Below are positions 26,423-35,509 of a DNA stretch of 64,000 bases, in pieces. Origin of the DNA: Actinomycetes bacterium (GTDB lineage: Bacteria > Actinomycetota > Thermoleophilia > BMS3ABIN01); the NCBI GenBank assembly GCA_021785935.1, contig JAJYOG010000001.1, forward strand, positions 192,743 to 256,742. Direction: 5' to 3'. Both the position numbers and the translations under genes were made by a program. The notes below the pieces were generated by a model. The model was not told the DNA's origin, did no database searches, and saw only the letters and a list, made by a program, of their open reading frames with translations. The stretch's first letter is position 1. Each line of letters starts with the position of its first letter.

Positions 26423-28725
26423 AGTATGAGCGCATCTCCTTCTGGTTCTTGCGGGAGGGTAAGGCCGCGTTCTGAATCATAGTATCCTTCATTTAGTATC
26501 CACTGTCCGCACCATTCGCTTGCAATGCTCTCTGGTGTGAACTCCCTATTTGCATAGATGCTCACGGTGACTTTGGCAATCCGGCCAGCCAGCTTTCGCC
26601 AAGCCTCGCGTCGCTTCCATCTATCTTCGATCCGGGCAGTAGCCAGCATGTCATTTTTAAGGCTAGGGTCTTGTTCAAGTATGAGGAAGCTATCTTTTTC
26701 TGTGTCCTCGCCCCTTAGGAGCGTTCTTACCGGAAAATCCTCTTGCCATCTAGCAAAGCGTTCAACATGTTCGTCACCGAGGTTCTTTTTCTCCGCGAGA
26801 GCTGCAAAATATTTGTTAGTCAGTTCCAGAATGTCTTCTTCCTGTATCTCATCGATGTTGGATAATAACTGCCGTGTTACTTGCATGTGCATGTCGTCGT
26901 AAATCATTTCAGAAAAGCGTCTACCATTTTCAGATACCAGATCCACAATTTTGACTATACATCGCGCCTTGCGCCCCTCGCGATTGCATCGACCAGCTAT
27001 CTGGACCAAGCTATCCAGCGGCGCAAAGTCCCTGATTACCAAATCCATATCGATATCAACGCCAGCCTCAATACATTGAGTTGAAACAACTATGCAGGGG
27101 TGACCCAGGGCAATCTGATTGATATTTCTCAAACGATCCGAAGGGGTGACGTCAGCGCTAATAAAAAAAAGCGGAACATCTGAAAATTCTTTCACCCATG
27201 ATGAAGCCAGGGCATCTCTTACTGCACGCGCGCTTCTGCGAGTGTTTAAAGTCAGCAGCACCCGGTTTTCCTTTTGCAGCCATTCAGGCAATTGCTTACA
27301 AATCTCATTGATAAAATCATTTAACTTGGTCTTTTCTTGAATGTGAAAATGGATTGAATAGCGCTTAAAATTAGCGAAGTATTTTTCGTGGTTGGGTAGG
27401 AGTGACATTGTTTTTGAAATGAAGGGAGGTAGTGTGGCAGACATCAACAGAACACGCGTGCTTCCTAATTTGGTTAGGCCAAGGAGCAAGCTTTCGAGTG
27501 GCTTCCAAAGCCTACATGGCAAGGACTGGACCTCGTCCATAATAATCAGCGCGTCACAGAGGTTGTGAAAGCGCATTTGGTGACGCGCTTTAGGGCTTAG
27601 CAGACCAAGCAGGAACTGATCATAAGTTGTAATGACCAACTCCGTGCGCCAAGTATCAATAAAAAACGACTCAGTCGCCTCTTCCATCTTATAATTGTTG
27701 TACTGTCGGTCTGACAGTGAGTGAATTGTCATGAACCACGAACCGTCAGGGCTGGCCATCCCAACGCGGAGAAGAGTTTCATATTCACGAGCCGTCTGGT
27801 CAATTATGGAGAGGAAGGGCAATACAACTATGATTTTTGGTGGAACCCCAGTTTCAGCATCAATATTTTTCCGTTGTTCAAAAGCCCACGTGGCGGCTAA
27901 CATGGTTTTGCCAATTCCTGTAGGCGCCGTTAGATTAAAAATACGATTTGAGTGTTCAGCCTTTGTTTGCTCGGTGAGTGCCTTTCTTGCTGCTTGCCGT
28001 ATGGTGTTGATTTCACCGTCTGCTGGTGTCCCGATTTTTTTATCGATCCACGATGGCTCCCATTTTTTTCTATTTAGCGCAAGGTATGTCTCTGGGTCAG
28101 GTATTGCAAGAAAAGCCTTGTCAGCTTCAAGTAAGGTGGAAAACAGAAACTGGGTATTAAGGCGGAAATCTACCGCCTGGTCAAGCGAGAGCGAATCAAA
28201 AACTGGTCTGATTTTTTGATCTATTATTTTTTTTGCATTTGCCCAGGGTCGATTATCAAGTGATATTTGAGTAACAGGAAAATTTGTTTCTTCTTGGAGT
28301 CCTTGGGTTTCGATGATGGGGCATTGGTGTTTTAGAAGACGGGCTTCGTCGCCACCGCCTATTTCTCTTAGCTTTTCAAACGTCGGAAAACTTGTGTGGT
28401 GACCAAGCGCGCAAGCTGATAATGCCAAGGTCTTCAGCGGATCCCATTTTGCTTCTTCTGCCAGAAGAAGAATGAGCAATTGAGATAGACGAGAATGTTT
28501 TTTTAAGTCCAGGTTACCCCGGTACTTGCTGGGATTTGAAATGTATTTCTGGAAAGCTTGAGTTCCTTTTCCCAGATCGTGTATTTTTGCAAGTGTTTCA
28601 CACCAACCTGCAATCTTCTGTTCGGTTAGATCTTGCGAATGCCATTTAAAAATTCCCGTCACAGCAGCGATGACTTGTTCAATATGTTTATGGAGCAGGA
28701 TATCAGGATGCGAGAGTAGCGGCAT
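26419..28725 (-). CDS. cas3: Cas3 helicase-nuclease (HD domain fused to SF2 helicase)
   Basis: N-terminal HD (HxxxV... IHDLGKGTQAFQ), Walker A APTGIGKT, DEVQ box. Confidence 0.92.
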   Translation of the reverse strand: MPLLSHPDILLHKHIEQVIAAVTGIFKWHSQDLTEQKIAGWCETLAKIHDLGKGTQAFQKYISNPSKYRGNLDLKKHSRLSQLLILLLAEEAKWDPLKTLALSACALGHHTSFPTFEKLREIGGGDEARLLKHQCPIIETQGLQEETNFPVTQISLDNRPWANAKKIIDQKIRPVFDSLSLDQAVDFRLNTQFLFSTLLEADKAFLAIPDPETYLALNRKKWEPSWIDKKIGTPADGEINTIRQAARKALTEQTKAEHSNRIFNLTAPTGIGKTMLAATWAFEQRKNIDAETGVPPKIIVVLPFLSIIDQTAREYETLLRVGMASPDGSWFMTIHSLSDRQYNNYKMEEATESFFIDTWRTELVITTYDQFLLGLLSPKARHQMRFHNLCDALIIMDEVQSLPCRLWKPLESLLLGLTKLGSTRVLLMSATLPPFISKTMSLLPNHEKYFANFKRYSIHFHIQEKTKLNDFINEICKQLPEWLQKENRVLLTLNTRRSARAVRDALASSWVKEFSDVPLFFISADVTPSDRLRNINQIALGHPCIVVSTQCIEAGVDIDMDLVIRDFAPLDSLVQIAGRCNREGRKARCIVKIVDLVSENGRRFSEMIYDDMHMQVTRQLLSNIDEIQEEDILELTNKYFAALAEKKNLGDEHVERFARWQEDFPVRTLLRGEDTEKDSFLILEQDPSLKNDMLATARIEDRWKRREAWRKLAGRIAKVTVSIYANREFTPESIASEWCGQWILNEGYYDSERGLTLPQEPEGDALIL

Positions 28726-28750
28726 GTGTCTGACTCAGTTTAAACCAAGA

Positions 28751-29476
28751 TTAAAGGAATGTTATTACAGCATCGCCAGCTTGAAATGCATGACTTGTCT
28801 TAATCGGGACGGGCTTGGCATTTCTTTCTAGTATGTAATTTGCATGAGTAAAAACACGCTCTACGGATACAGCCCGTGGCAATCGCAAGGAATGAAGAAT
28901 CAATTCGTCTTGAAAAACAAGACCCATTTCCAAATCGCCAATAGCCTCAGGTAGAATTGTCCTTACGAGTTGTAGCCCTGCTGGCAGCGGCTTTGTTTCA
29001 ACAGACCCTTCATATTCAACATCTGCCATATGTTCTGAGATGCCAAAGCAAGGGTTGAAATGCCAGCGGTGATCTCTTACACGCTCCTCAAAATCGGAAT
29101 GGTATTCATCAGGTAGCGAAGCCCAGACCGTATACCTTGGATTTATCAGCCATTCTTGACCGATCAAAGTTGCCTTTTCAGGCTCCGTCTGTTTTCCCGT
29201 TTTTTGAGTGTGCTTCACGACGAGTGGTAAGGCTCCTGGCACAACTTTTCTTAACTTTGCCTTATGCCAATGGGTTTGTGGCATAGGGCCGGAAAGAGCT
29301 ATCTCCGCCGGTTCCAAATTTTTCTGTGGCACATCTTTTGGGAGACCTAAAATGGCGCCAATTAACCCAAGTAAGGCTGTTCTCGGTGGCACGGGATACG
29401 ATGGCGCACTAGCATTAGCTTCAGCGCGCAAGAAATGACCAAATCTGCCTCGAATCTGGAATCGGATCGTATTCAT
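28751..29476 (-). CDS. cas5: Cas5 (type I-B/I-C-like)
   Basis: N-terminus FQIRGRFGHFLRAEANASAPSYPVPPRTALLGLIGAILG is the classic Cas5 signature. Confidence 0.88.
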   Translation of the reverse strand: MNTIRFQIRGRFGHFLRAEANASAPSYPVPPRTALLGLIGAILGLPKDVPQKNLEPAEIALSGPMPQTHWHKAKLRKVVPGALPLVVKHTQKTGKQTEPEKATLIGQEWLINPRYTVWASLPDEYHSDFEERVRDHRWHFNPCFGISEHMADVEYEGSVETKPLPAGLQLVRTILPEAIGDLEMGLVFQDELILHSLRLPRAVSVERVFTHANYILERNAKPVPIKTSHAFQAGDAVITFL

Positions 29477-30444
29477 GAATCAAAATTGAGGCTTTCCCAT
29501 TCACCGGGAAGTTCTTGCGAAAACTGGACATCGTCGGATTTGTTATAGACGATGCGCTTAAGCCTACTCTTTTTTCTTTCAAGACGGTCGAGAAGAGGGG
29601 CCAAATTTACGGCGTAATCTTCTGATGAGGACCACGCTTTTTCTTCCTTGTCGTTGACAGTTTCAAGTTTGACATAGTCATGGAGGCGGCCAAATTGAAA
29701 CTCTTCACTTTCGTTATACTCGATGGAGATTAAAAGATGAGGAATCTGTCCCCGTTTTGTTCTTGTGTTACCAGCTGAGCGAACGCCAAACCACAGCGAT
29801 TTTAAAAAAGAAGCGTAGTCATCATTGGTTAGCATTGACATTTTTGCTGAATGTTCGTTGGCAACACCTGAAAAGCCTATTAACGCATAACGAAGTCCGA
29901 AATAGGTTGTGAAGGTTCCCTGCGTTTTTGCTTCATCGCTAGCAAAAACAGATGTGCCGTGTATATCTACTTCTTCAGCTCGATGGAGGACTTCACCCAT
30001 ATTGATCTGCACGGCGCCTGTAAGAGTTTTTGGTTCAGGCTTGGGCTCCCAGGGACTTTCTGTTCCATCTAGTTCTTTAATTTTTTCTGACTTAAAAGCA
30101 AAAGCACTCCCAAAAAGACGAGCATCGATAAATGCATCGAGCAGTATGTCGACAAGCTCTTTTCCTTCAGCCTTCGCCTTCCCATTCGACCGAAGATAAT
30201 GGGCAACCCGACCAGTTAAGTTAGTTGTCCGTCCTTCAATGTTGTCCACGAGGATGTCCTCACCCTGACTTTTTAAAAAATCACGAGCAAACCTTTTCAG
30301 GCGCACGTCAGTAACATAATGAGTGCCGTCGGGGAGAACGCGCGGCCGATTCTCATCGGGGTCTCCATTGGGATTACCCATTTTGATGTCGTAAAGAAAC
30401 AAGAACTCTCTCCGTCCAGAAAGTGTTTGGCTAGTGCTACTCAT
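29473..30444 (-). CDS. cas7: Cas7 backbone subunit (Csh2/Csd2-like)
   Basis: FLFLYDIKMGNPNGDPDENRPR ... VTDVRLKRFARD is typical of the I-B/I-C Cas7 family. Confidence 0.9.
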   Translation of the reverse strand: MSSTSQTLSGRREFLFLYDIKMGNPNGDPDENRPRVLPDGTHYVTDVRLKRFARDFLKSQGEDILVDNIEGRTTNLTGRVAHYLRSNGKAKAEGKELVDILLDAFIDARLFGSAFAFKSEKIKELDGTESPWEPKPEPKTLTGAVQINMGEVLHRAEEVDIHGTSVFASDEAKTQGTFTTYFGLRYALIGFSGVANEHSAKMSMLTNDDYASFLKSLWFGVRSAGNTRTKRGQIPHLLISIEYNESEEFQFGRLHDYVKLETVNDKEEKAWSSSEDYAVNLAPLLDRLERKKSRLKRIVYNKSDDVQFSQELPGEWESLNFDS

Positions 30445-30462
30445 AGTTTTATCACCTTATCC

Positions 30463-32436
30463 TTAGGATTCGTTTTTTGAGAGTATTTTATTACTGAGCG
30501 ATTGACCAAGCAGCAGATAATAACAAGTTGATGTATCGTCAAGGACAACCAGGTCATCTCCGATGCGAACGCCTAATTCTGCCAACTCTTCGAGCAGACC
30601 ACGCACTTTTGCACTTTTTTCGGTTTCGTATGCTAAGAGTTTTTCTCGTATTTTTACATAAAGCTGCGGAAGGTCGCGGCCTGTCAGAGTAAGTCTCTTT
30701 AGCCAGGTCAGCGCATTGGCACCTACATTTACACCACGGGCTGCTTGTACTTGAAGTACTTTGCCGTAGAGCACTCCTAATAAAAATGCATATGCTTTCT
30801 GCGGGTTGTCGATCCCGCTTTCAGCACCAAAATAGGGCTTTAACTCTTTTAATGAGGGCTCAAAGTAATCTTCTGCCATTTGCATTACCTCCAATGTCTG
30901 AAAATAATAAATCCACATAGTTAAGTAACGACACCATCCGGCAGCTGTTAGAAATGGCCCCTTTTTCCCCAAGCCTTCGTTCAATAACGGATAGGGACTA
31001 CCCCCTGCAATGGCCTCCTTCCAATACCAGCGAGCAGTGGTCATGACCTCGTTCCAGAAACGTTGTTCCGGTATGGGCGCCGACTTGTACACACACTCTG
31101 CTACGTTCCTGCGTAGCTGAAACAGCCTTTGACTATTATTAGCGTCTTTAGCTTTCTTGCCACCCGGTCTTTTAAACAATGATCTTAGCCCGGAAAGGGA
31201 TAAATCTGGTTCGAGTTGACCCAAACGAACATCAGGAAATAGAGGATGCTTCCTATCACTTATTTGTTCATTTGACTCTGAGAGTGTTTTTAGGCGACTC
31301 GGTGGAACATCAGTAATTACACCACGAAGGTTCTCTATATTCTGGCCGACGTCAGCCCACAAGAAGGTGAGATTTAGAAGTGCTTTTTGATCCTTTAGGA
31401 TGTCGAGTATCGTTTCTTCGTTCTCTCCTACGTCTGAAGAAGTATCAGCATCATGTACATAATCCTCAACTTCCTGGAGCAGTTTTTGTCTTCCCTCAGA
31501 ATTGGAGTTGGTGTAGGGAATGATTAGTGCGGGGTCACCGGCTACGTGGGCCCCAAATGGTCGTTTGTTAGTTACCGCATTTTTGTTGATAACATGGGAC
31601 TTATATATATAAAGAAGATCTGCGCAATTACCGCAAATTGCAAAGCCCTTCCATGCATCGTCTAAAGATAAACTCGGAAATGCTCCGTTTCGATCCACAT
31701 TTCCAATGTTGATACCAGCACCTGAAACCCCGTACGGAAATATTTTTTCACATTGTTCATCACACAATGAACATTTTCCTGGACCTTTCGCGGGCGCTTT
31801 ATCTGGCGAATATTTTCTTTGATTTGCATAGAGAAGATAATCCACATAATCTGCAACATCTCCAGGCCAGCGGCCTTGGGAATCAACAATGGCTAAAAAG
31901 ACCGGCTTCTTAGTCTCGGGTATTGATTCAATTGCCGCTGAGAGAATATTGGGGAAGTCGCTTTCTTCGCCAGTGGTGAGTTTACTTCCATCATGCAAAA
32001 CAATAGTTCTGCGTTGTAATATTTTCTGAATGTCAAGAAAGTAGTTACTCCAGGGCATATTGTTTGCCGCTTCTTGGCATATTCTCTTAAAGGTGCTTCC
32101 CTGGGCTTGCTTTTTTGGCCCCCGATCCACGCTTCTTTTCATAACAGGCCCGAAGTCACCGGAATTGGGACCCTTTATTTGTGCCCAAGGAAGTCTATTT
32201 TTATTGCGCTGCGAAATATCATGGATATCAAGAAACACCTCATCAACGTTCTGAGGGGAGGGGGTAATCAAATAAGCGTGCTCTAAGTAGCTCCCCTCAG
32301 TAAGGTATTCAATTATACGTTGGGGATTTTTTTCGCGTTTGTCTTTAAACCAAGCGCCCAAGTCAATTGGCACGCTGCCGTTGCCAATTTCCTTGAACAA
32401 GTAATCCAAAGCCAATTGACGCATTGCTTCAAGCAA
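30463..32436 (-). CDS. cas8b: Cas8b-type large subunit (TM1802-like)
   Basis: 657 aa, first gene of the cas operon, with Cys pairs (CSLCDEQC ... CGNCADLL). The identity call rests mainly on position and size. Confidence 0.7.
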   Translation of the reverse strand: MLEAMRQLALDYLFKEIGNGSVPIDLGAWFKDKREKNPQRIIEYLTEGSYLEHAYLITPSPQNVDEVFLDIHDISQRNKNRLPWAQIKGPNSGDFGPVMKRSVDRGPKKQAQGSTFKRICQEAANNMPWSNYFLDIQKILQRRTIVLHDGSKLTTGEESDFPNILSAAIESIPETKKPVFLAIVDSQGRWPGDVADYVDYLLYANQRKYSPDKAPAKGPGKCSLCDEQCEKIFPYGVSGAGINIGNVDRNGAFPSLSLDDAWKGFAICGNCADLLYIYKSHVINKNAVTNKRPFGAHVAGDPALIIPYTNSNSEGRQKLLQEVEDYVHDADTSSDVGENEETILDILKDQKALLNLTFLWADVGQNIENLRGVITDVPPSRLKTLSESNEQISDRKHPLFPDVRLGQLEPDLSLSGLRSLFKRPGGKKAKDANNSQRLFQLRRNVAECVYKSAPIPEQRFWNEVMTTARWYWKEAIAGGSPYPLLNEGLGKKGPFLTAAGWCRYLTMWIYYFQTLEVMQMAEDYFEPSLKELKPYFGAESGIDNPQKAYAFLLGVLYGKVLQVQAARGVNVGANALTWLKRLTLTGRDLPQLYVKIREKLLAYETEKSAKVRGLLEELAELGVRIGDDLVVLDDTSTCYYLLLGQSLSNKILSKNES

Positions 32437-32741
32437 GATTTACTCCCTTGAAAGGTTAAAGGGTTAGGCATGCGAAAAACAGAGTACAATCCGCCGCGGA
32501 CGGAAAAAAAGAGGACGAATCGATACTTGCTATTCCCCCTAGCTTTGTGGGGACGCAAGTATATGGAAATTGGTCCGCGAAGTAAATATGCAAATCTATA
32601 TTTCCATCCGCCCCCGATGTTATGATTGTTTCACCCCGCTTCACCAATCACCTATGCAATTCTTTCCCACTCCTCCGGCAAGGCCATGCGCTTGCGTGCC
32701 ATCGCGCCTGGCAAACTTATGGTTTCCGGGGAGGAACGATC

Positions 32742-33908
32742 ATGGTGAAGGACAAAAGCGTTAAAGAGGTAGGAAAGGGCAAAGATGGTTATGACGTGGT
32801 TCTGTCGGATGTCGTAGGCTTGTTGGAGGAAGCCCGGCGCTCCGCAGCCCGATCGGTTAACGCTATTATGACTGCGACATACTGGGAAATCGGGCGGCGG
32901 ATCGTGGAGTATGAACAGGGAGGTAAACATCGGGCAGAATACGCAAAGTCCATACTCAACCGCTTATCTAAGGATCTGACAAGTCGACTTGGCCGTGGTT
33001 TTTCACAACGGAATCTGCGGTTAATGCGAGAGTTTTACATAAGTTCTCAAAACATGCCAATTTGGCAGACAGCGTCTGCCAAATTGAAAAAAGATAATAA
33101 AAAACAAATTCTCCAGACAGCGTCTGGAGAATTCAGTGATGAAAAAATCCAGGCAACGTATATAGAATCTCCCATAGACGCAATCTCGGCTTCTTTCCCT
33201 CTTCCCTGGTCTCATTATGTCAGGCTACTGTCGGTAAAGAATGCACTCGCGCGTGCCTTTTACGAAGAAGAAGCCCTCAGAAACGGTTGGACCGTTCGGC
33301 AGCTATGCCGTCAAATCGACTCGCAGTTCTATGAGCGGACCGCTATGTCGCATAATAAGGAAGCCATGCTCAAACGTGGCGCTTACCAAGCGGACGAAGA
33401 CAACATTACGCCCGAGCAAGAAATCAAAGATCCGTTTGTCCTCGAGTTCCTCGATCTCAAGGATGAGTATTCCGAGAGCTATCTCGAAGAAGCCTTGATC
33501 GGGCGCCTTGAGAGTTTTCTGCTGGAGCTCCGCGGTCATTTCACTTTCGTCGGGCGGCAGCGGCGTTTGAGAGTAGGCAATGAATGGTTCAGGGTCGACC
33601 TCGTGTTTTTTCATCGCCGCTTGCGCTGCCTGGTTGTCATCGACTTGAAGCTGGGAAAATTCACGCCTGCCGACGCTGGGCAGATGCACTTTTATCTGAA
33701 TTACGCCCGGGAAAACTGGACCAATACGGACGAGAATCCACCTGTCGGGCTGATACTCTGCGCCGGCAAGAACGTAGCCGTGGCCCACTATGCTCTCGAC
33801 GGACTTCCTAACAAGGTGATGGCCGCGGAATATCTGACAGCCCTGCCTGGAGAAGACGTGCTTGTGGCACAGCTCAGCGAGGTAAGACGGAACATCGCCA
33901 GATCATGA
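32742..33908 (+). CDS. DUF1016/YhcG-family PD-(D/E)XK nuclease
   Basis: N-terminus LLEEARRSAARSVNAIMTATYWEIGRRIVEYEQ ... SQRNLRLMREFY, and C-terminus VDLVFFHRRLRCLVVIDLKLGKF (D...D/ExK). ATG at 32742 with GGGGAGGAA upstream. Confidence 0.85.
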   Translation: MVKDKSVKEVGKGKDGYDVVLSDVVGLLEEARRSAARSVNAIMTATYWEIGRRIVEYEQGGKHRAEYAKSILNRLSKDLTSRLGRGFSQRNLRLMREFYISSQNMPIWQTASAKLKKDNKKQILQTASGEFSDEKIQATYIESPIDAISASFPLPWSHYVRLLSVKNALARAFYEEEALRNGWTVRQLCRQIDSQFYERTAMSHNKEAMLKRGAYQADEDNITPEQEIKDPFVLEFLDLKDEYSESYLEEALIGRLESFLLELRGHFTFVGRQRRLRVGNEWFRVDLVFFHRRLRCLVVIDLKLGKFTPADAGQMHFYLNYARENWTNTDENPPVGLILCAGKNVAVAHYALDGLPNKVMAAEYLTALPGEDVLVAQLSEVRRNIARS

Positions 33909-33972
33909 CCATGTTAGGAAGAGTCAGACAGGTTCATCCAATACCATTCCGGGTGATAAGATTGTAAGCGCC

Positions 33973-34398
33973 ATGGAAGATACGGATCTGACAACTCTGC
34001 TGACGGCCTCGTTAACACGGCTTGCCCCCGGGCGAGGCATCGTAGCCGCCTATCTTTTTGGTTCCCAGGCAAACGGCCGGGCGCGGCCTGACAGCGACAT
34101 CGATGTGGCTGTGCTGCTCGAAGTTGGCCGGGAGAGCGAGCCCCTGGAACTCCTGAAGCTGGGGCAGGACCTGGAACGGGAAACCCGCCTTGCCAACATC
34201 GATGTTCGCCTGCTGAATGAGGCACCGCTGTCCGCCAGCGGCAGGATTCTCACCGAGGGCAGGCTGCTCTACTCCGGCGATGAGAGCGCCCGGGTTGATT
34301 TCGAAGTAAAAACGCGCGGCCTTTACTTCGATTTCCTGCCGCATTTGAACTACCTGCGCCAGGCGTTCATCGAGAGAACAGCCGAGAAGGGCCTCTAG
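33973..34398 (+). CDS. Minimal nucleotidyltransferase (MNT) of an HEPN-MNT-type pair
   Basis: GSQANGRARPDSDIDVAV is the GSxxxGxxxxxSDxD pol-beta NTase motif. 141 aa. Confidence 0.85.
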   Translation: MEDTDLTTLLTASLTRLAPGRGIVAAYLFGSQANGRARPDSDIDVAVLLEVGRESEPLELLKLGQDLERETRLANIDVRLLNEAPLSASGRILTEGRLLYSGDESARVDFEVKTRGLYFDFLPHLNYLRQAFIERTAEKGL

Positions 34399-34671
34399 TG
34401 GTCATAGAATGCTGTATCGATATCGGCTAGCCATTTTATTGCCTCCGAGCGCCTGCGCACGCCGTCCGACTACCGTGATGTGGCCCAGGTTCTGGCAGAT
34501 GCGGGAATTATTGTCAAGGAACTGGCCGACAGATTCAAGCTGATGGTTTCCTTCCGCAACCGTCTGGTTCACATGTACTGGATGGTTGACAATGAGCTGG
34601 TTTGCGATTATCTGGAGAACAACCTTGAGGATATCAGCGAACTGGCGAAGAGCTTCGCCCGGCTGGCCTGA
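34398..34671 (+). pseudogene. HEPN (DUF86) toxin remnant, N-terminally truncated and apparently frameshifted
   Basis: The 63-aa ORF 34480..34671 carries RNRLVHMY (Rx4-6H). Upstream, IECCIDIG (34398..34430, another frame, ends in TAG) and SHFIASERLRTPSDYRDVAQ (frame of the ORF) look like contiguous DUF86 segments split by a frameshift. The ~50 N-terminal residues normally present are absent. Confidence 0.55.
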
Positions 34672-34774
34672 ACCGGAATCAGCTGAATCCTTCAGGCGTA
34701 AATCAGCGTGTTTGGCCAGCTGGGGTGACGGATCCTCAGCCGCTTCCGCAGCACGCCAGCCTATGCTCAGGCCG

Positions 34775-35131
34775 TCAATAGTCCACCCCCAGCAGCTTTG
34801 CCGCCTCACTTAGCCTCTTATCCAGCGTCCATAGGGGGACACTTGTAAGCAGCGCCGATGACAGCAGATGCATATCAACATATCCCAGACCCTTGTTCAT
34901 GAGCCGGTAATTCTCAATAAACCGCATCACTTCTTCATGCTCGGCGGGGATCGCCATTTCCAGGGCCTGAAGGAGAGAGAGTATTTCCGTTCTGTTTTTA
35001 AGACTCCCGCAGGCCAGTTCACCAATGATGAATTGGTGACAGACGACCTTGCCTTCATTCAGCAGGGCATCAAGCCCAGCGGCTCCCTCGCGAAAGTGTG
35101 CTACCCACACCGAGGTGTCAACCAGTACCAT
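34775..35131 (-). CDS. vapC: PIN-domain toxin VapC
   Basis: MVLVDTSVWV... with conserved acidic residues. Directly downstream of vapB. Confidence 0.88.
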   Translation of the reverse strand: MVLVDTSVWVAHFREGAAGLDALLNEGKVVCHQFIIGELACGSLKNRTEILSLLQALEMAIPAEHEEVMRFIENYRLMNKGLGYVDMHLLSSALLTSVPLWTLDKRLSEAAKLLGVDY

Positions 35132-35132
35132 C

Positions 35133-35330
35133 TTACTTCTTCTGTGACCGGCGGCGGGGTATCACATCAAGCCCCTTTTCGGTTCCCCCCATTTTGGCGA
35201 GCCTCTTGCCGCTCTCCATCGCTATCAGCGTCTGAAGTCCCAGTCTGACGAGGGAAGTTTTTTCCGTTATGCCGGTCAACCTTTTCGCCTTATCAATCAG
35301 TTCGTCTTCGATGTTTAAAGTTGTCCTCAT
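35133..35330 (-). CDS. vapB: VapB-family antitoxin
   Basis: MRTTLNIEDELIDKAKRLTGITEKTSLVRLGL is typical of type II VapB. 1-nt gap to vapC. Confidence 0.85.
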   Translation of the reverse strand: MRTTLNIEDELIDKAKRLTGITEKTSLVRLGLQTLIAMESGKRLAKMGGTEKGLDVIPRRRSQKK

Positions 35331-35509
35331 GGACTCCGTTTCCGTTATATGCAGAATGGTATGTATTAGTATGCATTATCGGTATGCTATTGGCAAGGGG
35401 AAAAGTAAACGCGATTTAAAATCGGTTCCTGATGAAGATGTCTGCCCGCCGGATGAGCCGGCATAAGCAGAACCGGCATGTCCTGCCGGTCCCTCAGCCA
35501 ACAGAACTA

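Noticed and set aside
32622-32741. Longer start for the DUF1016 gene
   Set aside because: It has no RBS. DUF1016 homology starts after MVKDKS, and ATG 32742 has GGGGAGGAA upstream.
34402-34809. 135-aa minus-strand ORF overlapping the HEPN remnant
   Set aside because: It is antisense to a region with a clear DUF86 RNRLVH motif on the plus strand. Its composition is not protein-like.
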